Below are positions 52,900 to 64,000 of a stretch of DNA of 64,000 bases, piece after piece. Source of the DNA: Lytechinus pictus (Eukaryota); assembly GCF_037042905.1 (NCBI RefSeq), contig NC_087252.1, positions 25,298,001 through 25,362,000 of the forward strand. Reading direction: 5' to 3'. The position numbers and the translations under genes were made by a program. The first letter of the stretch is position 1. Each line of letters opens with the position of its first letter. The notes below the pieces were generated by a model that saw only the letters and a list, made by a program, of their open reading frames with translations, was not told the origin of the DNA and did not search any database.

Positions 52900-53370
52900 A
52901 CTGTTTAGGCACCTTAACAGTCCTTACATTGGCTGCCTGTTGATAAAAGAATCACCTTTAAAATTCTTTTACTAATACATCATTCAATTTATTCTCTCTT
53001 CCCCACATATCTCAGCAGCTCTATCTCAAAATATCAACCTTCACGTAGTCTCTGCTCATCATCTGATGCTCTATTGCTCCAGACACCCAGATCAAAACAC
53101 AAATGGGGGGGACCATGCATTCTCTGTTAAAGGACCAAAGCTATGGAATCAATTGCCTATCCAATTACGCCAAATTTCATCAACAGAAACATTCAAGTCC
53201 CAGTTGAAAACTTATTTGATCTCACATTAATAGTGTGTTTATTCAGGAGTATTCAAATTCTATTCTTTTTCGTTTTCTATTGTTGTGTTTTGTATTTATT
53301 TTCCTTGAAACGCCATGAGCACCGAAAGGTGGACCTGTGCGCTATATAAGTAGCCACCATTATTATTATT
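52900..53370 (+). mobile_element. Decayed L2-type LINE 3' end
   Basis: Translates as SLHWLPVDKRITFKILLL..GDHAFSVKGPKLWNQLPIQLRQISSTETFKSQLKTYL (frameshifted), then tail GAGCACCGAAAGGTGG..GCGCTATATAAG..(ATT)n. Confidence 0.8.
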
Positions 53371-53969
53371 AAAGGGGAATCCAGCCTTGTCATAAAATGT
53401 TGTGTTGGGAAGGAGAAAAATAAATTAAACAGAATGGTGAAAGTTTGAAAGAAATCGGACAAGCAATAAGAAAGTTAAAGCTGCTTTAAAATTGAGATCA
53501 CTAATACTATGTAGATTTCAAATTGGCAACTGAGTTAGTAAATTATGACAAGGGACAAGGACAACTTTCCCATAAGCCATGTACTTTATTATCAGGGATT
53601 TGTGGTTTTCTCCTAAGTACCCATTCCCTGGGGCAGTAATCTAAATATAGCCCAGGTAGTATATTGTTTTATGTCCTCATGAAATAAAAATACAATTTGA
53701 AATAAAACTTTTGGGAAAAATTACATTTTAGCCATAATATACATTGGAGTACATGGAAGAGTAGTCCTTGCCTTACATCACTATGACATCCCATATGCGG
53801 CCAATTTGAAGTCTCCATGGATATAGTGATTACCAATATTTACAACTTTTAAAAATTCATAACTTTCTTGTTGTTTGTCCAATATTGTTCAAACTTTCAC
53901 CTATCAACTTGTCTGATTTTTCTTTTCCTTATAAAAACAAGTTTTTATTTGGGTTGGATTCCCCTTTAA
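53369..53969. mobile_element. TTAA-flanked MITE family K2 (inverted copy of 14932-15542), inserted at the end of the L2 tail
   Basis: TTAA|AGGGGAATCCAG...TGGATTCCCCT|TTAA. Confidence 0.85.
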
Positions 53970-54486
53970 ACCAAATGTCTGTGTTGTGTCTTTCAGCAGT
54001 AATCCTGCAGAAAAGGAAGCAAGCTTTTTTCACAGCAGCTCCCGAACATTCCCATTCTTTTGTCTATGCCTGCATGATACCTGCAAGAAAGAAACAACTC
54101 GGACTTCTGAGTTTCAGTTACTTTCCCAGACATGTAATCACATGGGCCACATTTTTCTTTCGAAATAGTGTTTAATATCTACATCATTCACAAGATACAC
54201 TTTACAACTTTGACAATGCTGACTATTGTTTCACAATTTCAAAATAGGACATACATAGCATAGGATGGATTGTGTTTCAGGAGATGTTTTGAATGCAATC
54301 ATGATTTGTGCTTGAACCAGTTCTTGAAACCTAATAAGAAGTTGTATGAAAAGCAGCTTCGATCTTGCCTATTTGCTCACATCAGATTTGTCCATCCTGA
54401 AGAAGCCACAACATCTGGCAGGTGTTTCATACAGCTGATTGTAAGTCATGAGCGACTTCCAACGACTGGCGATCCTTTCTTAGTAG

Positions 54487-55069
54487 TTAAAGGAAAATTA
54501 AACCTTTGGAACAAGATAACTTGTGCGAAAAGAGAAATATCAAAGAAACAGATTAACAAAAGTTTGAGAAAAAGTGAATGAATAATAAAGTTATGAGCAT
54601 TTGAAGTTTAGATCATTATTGTAATGTAGATCTTCCCATTGGCATTGCGACAAAGATGAGTGATGTCACATGTGAACGACTTTCCCATTACTTTTTTGTA
54701 TATTTCACTTAAACTGCCCCCTTTATCACATCTATCAGTAGATCATGAATTCTTTCTATAGGAGGGCATGAAATAAAGATTTTCAAAAAATATGTTATGG
54801 ATGAAAAGTTTGTATTATCATAAGAGCAAAAAGGGAAATTTTGACTGTATTTTCTAGTCCATCAAAGGGAAAGTTGTTCACATGTGACATCACACATCTT
54901 TGTCACATTGCCAATGGGAGGATCTCCATAGCAGTTGTGATTACAATATTTAAATGCTCAGAACTCTATCATTACTTGTCAGATTTTTCTCAAACTTTCT
55001 TAGATCATACTTTTTGATTTGCCCGTTTCCACACAAGCCCACTTGTTTCAAAGGTTTAATTTCCCTTAA
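54487..55069. mobile_element. TTAA-flanked MITE family K3, nested in an older MITE (~54418-55175)
   Basis: TTAA|AGGAAAATTAAACCTTTG...CAAAGGTTTAATTTCCC|TTAA; the flanks rejoin into an imperfect inverted repeat (ACGACTGGCGATCCTTTCT / AGAAAGGATCACTAGTCGT). Confidence 0.75.
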
Positions 55070-55895
55070 AATCTACACCAATGAAAATTTGGTGTGCACC
55101 ATTCACCTCGAGAAAGGATCACTAGTCGTTTGTAAAGTCGCTCGCAACTTACGAACAGGTTTGTCATAAAACGGCTTGCCTTACATTTGTTGGCATGTGC
55201 TGACCGAACTGTCTTGGGCCCTGTCTAACAAATACTTCCAACAGATTCAATTCAATTCAAAGAGGTTTGTTAGTTATGCATGAATTAACACACACACAAT
55301 AACCTGGGTCCCATTTCATAAAGACATGTTATAGAGACAAATGCACAATTTCTCATTTAGCCAATCAGATTGAAGGATTTCAGTAGCTTTTAACTGTTAT
55401 TGCAAATTATTATAACGAATTTTATGAAATTGGCCCCTGCTCTTGGGTGCCGAATTACATTCTCAGTTATTTTGTTTTCCATCAAATAAAGTTGAAATCT
55501 AATCTTTTTAGGTTAAATTTTAGAATGAAAATTCCTGTTGTAAACAAGCATCTGAATGTAGTGCAGATAATTTCAAAAACATTTTAAGAGTTCTAATAAA
55601 TAAATTCAGCTCCACTTTGTTGAGACCTTGACGAAAAATGGGTTATCCCCAAAGCACAAGAACCAGAGAGCGTTTCACGAGAAGTTTTGAAAGTGATTTT
55701 CCCTAATTGTTCTCAGCAAATCAAAATCAAGGATTTGCAGTGGCTTGTAACATCTGTCTGTGAAAGTCACTGACAAAACTTGTCATGACATAGTATCCAG
55801 GTCACAAGGCGTGCATAAGGTCAAACTTCAAAAGCATCCCTCTGGTTCATTTTCAAGCAGTCACTCTTGTTTCTTAAACAAAGACTCTACTCTGG

Positions 55896-56945
55896 TTAAA
55901 GGTCAAGTCCACCCCAGAAATTGTTGATTTTAATAAATAGAGAAAAATCAAACTAGCATAATGCTGAAAATTTCATCCAAATCGGATGTAAATAAGAAAG
56001 TTATGACATTTTAAAGTTTCGCTTATTTTTCACAAAACAGTGATATGCACAACTCAGTGACATGCAAATGAGACAGTCGATGATGTCCCTTACTATTTCT
56101 TTTGTTTTTTATTGATTTAATTAAACAATATTTCATTTTTTACAGATTTGACAATAAGGACCGAATTGACTGAACCATATAGTATTAAACAATGCCAATT
56201 CAACATGTTAAGGGAGGAATTAATCGTTCCACTTGAAAATGAGGAAAATATTAGAATTTTCCATATTTCACATAATAAAATACAAAAGAAATAGTGAGTG
56301 GATGACGTCATCAGTCTCCTCATTTGCATACCGATCCGGTCGCAAAATAACGTAAGGTGATAAACACTTGCAAGCTTGCAGGTATAGCAAAATTCCTTCT
56401 TGTTGGATGCTCGATATGGGGAGCGAGTCTGTTAATGACATGAACGCATCCCTGTCTGGAAAATCAATACAACTTCAGCATCTCGCTGTCGTCATAGATA
56501 TCCAAGGGATGCGTTCGATCTCTAAAGACTCACTCCCGTCTCAAGGCAGCTGCCTGCTGTATGGCATACAATAGAGCAGCCATCTTGAAACTATTTTGCC
56601 GGAATTTTTAGGACTTTGCCGTTGGTACGAGAGCTACGGCAAAAACCCACTTGATTTGCCGGAGTTTTTTTAAAGTTTTGCCGTAAAAAACTCTGGCAAA
56701 GTTTTTTGCAATGGAAAACTCCGGCAATTTTTTTTTGCCGTAGTTTCCTGATTTTTGCCGTAAAAAATTCCGGCAAAAGTTTTATGCAACGGGGCCAAGG
56801 ATGTGCATATAACTGTTGTGTGAAATTAAGCAAAACTTTGAAAAGTCATAACTTTCTTATTTTACATCCAATTTTGATGAAATTTTCAGTGTTATGCTTG
56901 TTGGATTTTTCTCTTTTTATTCAAATCAACTCTTTGTTGGGGTAT
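55896..56945. mobile_element. Family K1 MITE carrying a ~460-bp nested insertion (~56336-56797), immediately 3' of BUD13
   Basis: Matches the reverse complement of 2284-2876, but is broken at TTGCATACC|..|AGGATGTGCATATAAC by a segment with TTTTGCCG subrepeats. Confidence 0.75.
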
Positions 56946-56989
56946 AACTATTTTTTAGTAATGGGCATGCCATCCTTGATCATTTTCAT

Positions 56990-59900
56990 TCACATATCTT
57001 CAATGCTCCATTTATAAGCTATTTCTGACGTAGCCTTCTTGTCCGATATTCTCTGGAAGTATTTCTTCTCGAATCCGCTCGATCGATCGACCCCGTCCCA
57101 TCGGTAACCTGGCTGGATGTTGAAGCGGTTCGGTGGAGGCTTCGGTCCTCGATATCTTGGTTTCTCTGTATGAAGAATCAGAAAGAAATTGATTTATGCT
57201 TGACAAACGGTATGCTTCAATTTCTTTACACTGGAACATATATAACGTATACCATCTGTCTCTTGAGAAAAAAAAACAAGATCAAAGACATTGTAAGAAA
57301 TTGTATAAAACTCAGCCAATTAGATTGGCACATAATGGGATGTGACCTATAACCTTTTGATTAAAAAGCAATACTTTCTGGATCAGTCCTGGGGGTGTTT
57401 CACAAGGAGTTAAGTTTGACTTGGAGTTGCAATTAAAATGTCCAGTTGCGTGCCAAATAAAAAGGCATGACCGCATTGGTCAAATCATGCTAAGAGGACA
57501 TGCACTACTGCGTATTAATCAATAAGATTATGTGTGATATGTATCGTGTGCATCAGCACTAAACATGAATTTAAATCACACTTAACTCCTTCTGAAACAC
57601 AACCTGGGCCCCGTAACCCAAAGCTTTGCGAAGAATAGTAAATATGAAATAACGCTTTTGATTGGTTACCGGCCAGTATTTTGAGCCAAATGCGCGTATA
57701 ACAATGATCTTGATTTGTCAGTTCATTTAGCGATTGATCGCTAATCTTTGTGTTACGCTCCCCTGGTTGGTGTTTCATTAAGCTGTTCGAAGGTTACACA
57801 ATATTTTATGGACAAATGATGAGGGGGGGAGGAGGAGAGGGGGAGGGGAGTGGAGAGGAATATAATTCTTCCAATGCATACCTTTAATCCCAGCCTTCGC
57901 CATAGCCTTGGATTCTTTCTTCTTTAGGAACGCCAGCATGGGGTCTCCTTCTCGGTCCTGCTCCTTCAACATCTGGTCCAGGTCCGTATCGTCTTTGTAC
58001 CTCGCTAAGGGCTTAGCCATCTCTCTCATTGTATCTTCAACGCTGTTCTTCTGGTTCTTGACTTGGGCCACTCTGTACGGGGCACAAAGACATTTTTATC
58101 AATACACATTCAAGTGCTCGGCTACTCAAACTGATTTCATACAACTGTTGAATGCTGCAGTTCGACTACTTGCTATTGTCCTTTTGGCTTATTTAGAATC
58201 TTTCCAGAAATGTACAACTGTAATTTTCTTCCCTATTGCCAAGAGGGAAGAAAATTTCAGTTGTTACTGGAAACTCTAGAAATAGGTGCTTGCAACTAAT
58301 CAACACAGTTCTCTTCTATTGGTCAGTTCAAGAAATTACTGAAATCACATCTCTTCTGCTTCAGAACAATAACTTATTATAGCCTTGTACATGTACATAG
58401 GCATGCTGGTGACATCCATGAAATTGATCAATTTTTGTTTTAAGAGGCCCAAACACATCAAGTGGTTTGCATATTTTCTCTACTTTCATTCTCCTCAGAC
58501 AACAATCCTTTGAATTAGTAAACATTTTATAAGTATTCAAAGTATTTAAAGCGTTCTTTTCAAGAAAACTGCAGAAAAGTACTTACTAAATAGTAAAAAA
58601 GAGCTTACCCTTTTCCCCACTCCAAGAATTGCTCATCTTCTTCAGCTTTTCTGGCCTCTTCTTCTTTCTTCAGTCGTTTCTCCTCCTTCAAGTCTCTCCT
58701 CTTACCACTCTTATCCCTGAAAACAGTCTCTGTAGGATGACAAAACATAAGACAATATAAGAAAATAATTCATACTTGATCACCCTTATGTCCACGTTTC
58801 ATGAACTAGATCCATAAAATTTCAAAGTTATGATGACAATTCCTCAAATACCCCAACATAGCCAAAGTTTATTAACCCTAAGTGACCTTTGACCTTGGTC
58901 ATGTGACTTGAAACTCGCACATGATATTCAGGGATACATGATTGCTCTTATGTCTAAGTTTCATGAACTAGATCCATAAACTTTTAAAGTTATGACAATT
59001 CCTCAAATAACCCCAACATGGCCAAAGTTTATTGACCTTAGACCTTAATCATGTGACCTGAAACTCAGGCAGGATCTTCAGTAATACACTATTACCCTTA
59101 TGTCTAAGTTTCATGAACTAGGTCCATATACTTTCTATGCTATTATGACATTTCAAAACTTAACCTTGGTTAAGATTTCGATATTGAGTCCCCCAACATG
59201 GTCTAAGTTCATTGACCCTAAATGACTTTTGACCTTGATCATGTGACCTGAAACTCAGGCAGAATTTTCAGTAATACTTGATTACCTGTATGTCCAGGTT
59301 TCATGAACTAGGTCCATATACTTTTTAAGTTATGATGACATTTCAAAAACTTCACCTTGATTAAGATTTCAATGTTGACAACGCCGCCGTCGGAAAAGCG
59401 GCGCCTATAGTCTCGCTCTGCTATGCAGGCGAGACAAAAATGATATTGTCAATTCTACTTTTCAAATAAGTTTAAATTGAAAAGGGTGTTTACAGTGCAA
59501 AGAGAAGGTTCAGTAATAAACAATGAAAAACTGGCAAGAAAATAACTGAAAAAACTTTCATACTAACTCACATTTGGAGCTAAAGGTTGATTTTATACTC
59601 AAATGAGCATAATGGAGTCATAAGTTTATAGAACAAAAAAATAAGGATCCTAGACTGCTTTAAAAATTATGATTCATCCAGTGGCAGATCAGGAATAAGA
59701 AACATACTACACTAGTTACTACTACAATTCCTAAATAACCTCCTGTGACCTTTCTGCCCTTGTGATCTCCTCTTCTTTCTTCTTCACCTCCTCCTTCTTC
59801 CGCTCATTCTTCTCCTTCCCCTCCTTCTTCTCCTCCCCCTCCTTCTTTTTCTTCCTCTCCTTTTCCCCCCTCCCCCTCCTTTTTCTTCCTCTCCTTTCCC

Positions 59901-62900
59901 CCTCCCCCACTCCTCCTCCTTCTTCTTCTCCTTCTTACTCTTTTTTTTCTTGCTGTTCCTCTCCTCTTTTTCCTCCTCCTCCTTTTACTTCATTATTATT
60001 ACTATTATACTTTCTCAAGTCACACTGACCTGCATTTTTACCACTGATGTCATCATCAAGCCTTGAGTAAGCCTCATTGGTTCTTCGTCTTGTTGCTTCA
60101 TTCTCTCTCTTTAGGGCAGCTGCATCTGATAAACCGGCCTTAGCCCCTATACGTTACAAAGAAGAGTTAACAAACCACAATAAAATTATTAAATGCAGTT
60201 TGGTTTTTCATACAACAGGCAACTTTGCTTACAGTACACATTGGGACAACAGGAATCCCTTTAGCTTCGGCGAAATTCAGCTATAAGATGTTCTTAAAAC
60301 AGTGAAACATTTTGGTCTGATATAATCCCAAGATAGGTGATCATTCGACGTATAGTAAGCCGACTGATGCCGAGTCTGAATGTACTTTTATGCCTCAGTC
60401 AAAGTAAAACATCAGACCCAGGGACTGTTCAAATATCATTTGGAAGGTAGAGTGCTTATATATTCTGAGAAGGGAGGGGCATTGTACCTGTAGCTCTATT
60501 CAACAGCTTCCATTTCTATGTCTGCATTTATTAAAATGTAATGAATTGGTGAGTGGGCCCGGTAACAACTTCTCTGTAGAACCTTCTCCACAAAACAGAT
60601 GCTGCATGAAATTCATACCTCATAAATAAAAATTACCATGAAGTTTTGATTTTGATTGAATGCTAATTAACATTATAATTGCCAATGACGAAACAATTTG
60701 GTGCAGTGCTCTTGGCATTTGTTTGTTTCTGCATAAATGGAAAAGGGGAAAAAAAAATCTGGGCCCCGTCTTACAAAGAGTTACGATTGATCCAATCAAT
60801 CATAACTCTATGGAAATCCATCAGTGTCATAATTTTTGTCTATGAAAAATTTGCACAATGTCCTTTGTATGCAAAGAGAAGTGCAGTGAATTTTCAAGAA
60901 AACAATGAATGCATGAATATACATCATAGCTAGAAAATATTTTGAACAAACATGCATAACAGATGTTGATGTTGCTGGCCGTCCATAGTTGCGATTGATC
61001 AGATCAATCGTAACTCTTTGTAAGACGGGGCCTAGGGGTCACTTTTACTAAATATGCAGTAACCATTACAAACTACTGAAAAATCAAATTTACCCACGTT
61101 CGTTTTGGTTGAGGCACACACTGCATCATTTTTAACCAAATTCTTAAATTCTATGAAAGCTGAGAGTTAAATTTGAAATTTTGTATTCTTGATGGAAATG
61201 TCCATACCTGACAGAGTTGTCTTTGGCTTCTGCTTCATACCATCTTCAGCTTTGCTTGATCTTTGTCTGTCGGGTGAAAGGTCTGAATCAGAGTCCATCC
61301 TTCTCCTCCTCCCTTCTCCCCCTCTCCTGGGAGGAGAGAGGTCATCATCAGAGCCACGCCCTTTCCTCCTGACTGGAGACAGGTGCCGACTGGACCTACC
61401 GGACTTTGATCGAGTTTGGTCTTTCCTCTTAGAATTTGATATCCTTGGAGGTGAAAGATCAGAATTGGAGTCATGTCTCCTCCTAGAGATTTGAGCTGGA
61501 CTAGGTTTTCTTCTCCTAGGAGGGGAGATGTCGGAATCAGAATCATGTCTCCTCCTTTGCTTTAGTCTGTCTCCATTATTCGTCTTGGTCCTCACAGATG
61601 ATAAATCAGAGTCTGAATCATTACGACTTCTCCTAGAATCTTTGGACTTTTTATGTCTTGGAGGTGAAAGGTCAGAGTCCGAGCCATGCCGCTTTTTCCT
61701 TGAGTCTTTGACCCTAGTTCTCTGAGGGGATAAATCAGAATCTGAATCATGGCGACCCCTCCGGGAATGTTCAGCCGTGCCATTTCTCCGCGGAGGAGAA
61801 ATATCAGAATCTGAATCATGCCGTGTCCTGGGCACCCGCCCCTGTCTGGCTCTTGGAGGAGAGAGGTCTGAATCTGAGTCGTGTCTCCTCTTCGATGTCT
61901 GCTCTGGCCTTCCTCGATGTGGCGACAGGTCGGAATCTGAGTCGTGTCTCCTCTTCGATGTCTGCTCTGGCCTTCCTCGATGTGGCGACAGGTCGGAATC
62001 GGAATCATGCCTTTTCCTGGACATCTCTCCTGACCTGCCTCTGGGGGGTGAAAGATCGGAACCAGAGTCATGACGGCGACTCCTAGGCGGTGAAGCATCT
62101 GATGAGGAATCATGGCGGGGTCTTCGACTTCCTGATGACATCCTAGACGGTTCTTCCTCTTCATCTGCGAAAAAGAAGTAAAACAATCAATACAGCATTT
62201 TTCCTTTTTTTCAGATTTCAAATTAACCAAGTGAGGTAAAAAGCAAGTAAAATCCTATTTGTAGTTTTAATAAATCCCCCCCCAAAAGAGAATGTTGCCA
62301 TTCAAATTCAATAGATGTGTAAACAGTCACAACATGAGGAATATAAAACAAAACTGTTTTTATTTCTAAAAATATTATGATTTGGATATTCTAGCAGATG
62401 GTCAAATTACACTTTGGTGAGCTTGATCCAACGATCAACCACTTGGTCTTATATTGCCCAGATGCTCTAACTTTCACTTTTGTCTATTTATTATTCTGCA
62501 CTTTGTCAAATAAAACTGTGTTTTGTAATCAGTCCAGCTGCCACACCAAGTGGAAATTAGATAAAGTCTGTATATCTTAAATGGAAATTACAGAGAGTTG
62601 TAAATGGACCTATTGGCAATCAGACCAAATGGATACGAGACAATCTAATAATAATAATAGTCAGTTCTTGTATAGCGCATAATGCATTATGAATAACGTC
62701 TCTATGCGCTTCCAAAGGACTTGGATATTATTACCCCGGCTTTAGCTGGGCTGCCTAGGCACTCAAGCATTCAAGAAATTTATTCCTACCAGGTACCCAT
62801 TCACCTCACCTGGGTTGAGTGCAGCACAATGTGGATAAATTTCTTGCTGAACGAAAGTACGCCATGGCTGGGATTCAAACCCACGACCCTCTGTTTCAAA

Positions 62901-63250
62901 GTCAGAAGACTAATCCACTGGGCCACAACGCTCCATGGATCTAGTTGGAGACCAAGTGGAATTAGACTATGTGGGATGAGAGTGCTCAAGACCAAACAAA
63001 AAAAGACAAAGAGGGTGTAGACCAAGGCAAGAGGCAAAGTTATTGAAAGAACAACATACCTTGTTTTATAACTTTCCATTTATCACTCTTCCTGTACTGT
63101 TCCAGCTTGACTTCCTCTTCGGGTCTCTCGTCAACAAACCCTGCGACCAAAGGAGCTTCATCAGCTTCTTCAAGCAATTTGGACTTGTCATCATCAGCAT
63201 CAGGTTGGACAAGAGTTCGGAAGTCCACATCATCGTCTAATACACGTACA
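56990..63250 (-). CDS. BUD13: BUD13 homolog (RES pre-mRNA retention and splicing complex), 5'-partial: first exon not found in window
   Basis: Minus-strand exons 63060-63250 ([20 protein letters not shown]), 61208-62164 ([12 protein letters not shown] repeats), 60030-60146, 58609-58729 ([16 protein letters not shown]), 57882-58072 ([21 protein letters not shown]), 56990-57165 ([33 protein letters not shown]). All GT-AG and in frame. Confidence 0.97.
58770..59440 (+). mobile_element. Helentron/DINE-like non-autonomous element with internal tandem repeats in a BUD13 intron
   Basis: Four copies of TTTCATGAACTAG(A/G)TCCATA interleaved with TCATGTGACCTGAAACTC; 3' stem-loop GTCTCGCTCTGC-TAT-GCAGGCGAGAC followed by AAAAA. 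Family assignment is inference. Confidence 0.6.
62647..62934 (-). mobile_element. tRNA-derived SINE with another 3' tail
   Basis: Same head and core; tail CCAAGTCCTTTGGAAGCGCATAGAGACG..GCGCTATACAAGAACTGACT(ATT)n. Confidence 0.85.
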
Positions 63251-64000
63251 CTGCATTTGAAAAAAAAAATAAAGAAATGTTAGAGTACTTAACGCATCCT
63301 ACATGTACATTCAACAGGTGCCGAGAATCGACAGCCATTCTTTTCAACCAGACTTCCAATCAGAATTCAAGCAATGTTGACTTGTCATTGTCAGTATCAG
63401 ATGGGACAAGGGCCCTTATCTAGCTCAAGCACACTGGACTTTACCCCCCCCCCCCCCCCCCCGGTAACCTGAGGAATTAATGCAATCAAATACCGTAAGT
63501 AACGGTGTATTAACCGCACCTTTTTCTTGGCGGGATATAAGCAAAAGTCGGGGGTGCGGTTTATCCACGGTGACGGGTCTGAGCCCGCCCGCGTAACCCC
63601 TCCCGAACATGTAAGAAGTCTGCCAGTTCACAACACATCGAGTGGCCGGGCGTAGCCGCCCAGGGCAATGTCGTTTAGAGGGGTATGAGCCGCGGGTAAT
63701 GGGAAGCGATTATTACCATCTTAATCAAATAGTGTCCATAACAAATGCACCCACCTTCATGACACTAATTTCGACTTTATTCTCGATTCAAAGCAGCAAA
63801 GTTCCCTGGCTAAGTTCAAAGAGACGCCAAGCATTCTCGGTAATAATTCGTCACAGCTGAGCAAGAGCCGAGAGCTAGCTTGCGTTGTATTGTGGTTTTG
63901 AGTGCGACTTAAGCTGGCGCTATTCATTTTAACCCCTCAAAGTCCGTTTCGCGCCAGCTTATTTTTTTCTTTCCTGTTTGCTTTTCATAAGATACCATGT

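Noticed and set aside
61189..62230. Overlapping antisense and alternative-frame ORFs
   Set aside because: By-products of the repetitive BUD13 exon.
63400..64000. CpG-rich stretch as BUD13 exon 1
   Set aside because: No frame with the expected N-terminus (YLKRYLS-like) was found; likely promoter-proximal intron 1, with exon 1 beyond the window.

Overview
AT-rich, intron-rich animal genomic DNA. The repeat landscape (tRNA-derived SINEs with (ATT)n tails, L2/Crack-like LINE ends, TTAA and CWG MITEs) suggests a marine invertebrate deuterostome such as a sea urchin; this is inference. Four spliced protein-coding genes were rebuilt by hand from GT-AG sites with consistent intron phases. (1) A 7-exon, 411-aa immunoglobulin-superfamily type-I membrane receptor (signal peptide, V domain split over two exons by a phase-0 intron, C2/C1-like domain, TM, Tyr/Pro-rich tail with an ITIM-like motif and a PDZ-type C-terminus), + strand 7882-23621. 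(2) ETFB, + strand 29202-38697. (3) CCDC153/DRC12, + strand 44124-50063. (4) BUD13, - strand 56990-63250, with its first exon outside the window. The Ig receptor is the most interesting item: it has CTX/JAM/nectin-like architecture, IRF-type motifs upstream and a strong internal splice donor that could give a soluble form. Its neighbours map in human to the 19q13.4 and 11q23.3 IgSF-rich regions. Other notable structure includes a SINE family with interchangeable 3' tails and a likely partner L2 LINE in the same window, nested and TSD-flanked MITEs, and a ~1.5-1.9 kb tandem duplication. Most ORFs in the supplied track are spurious.
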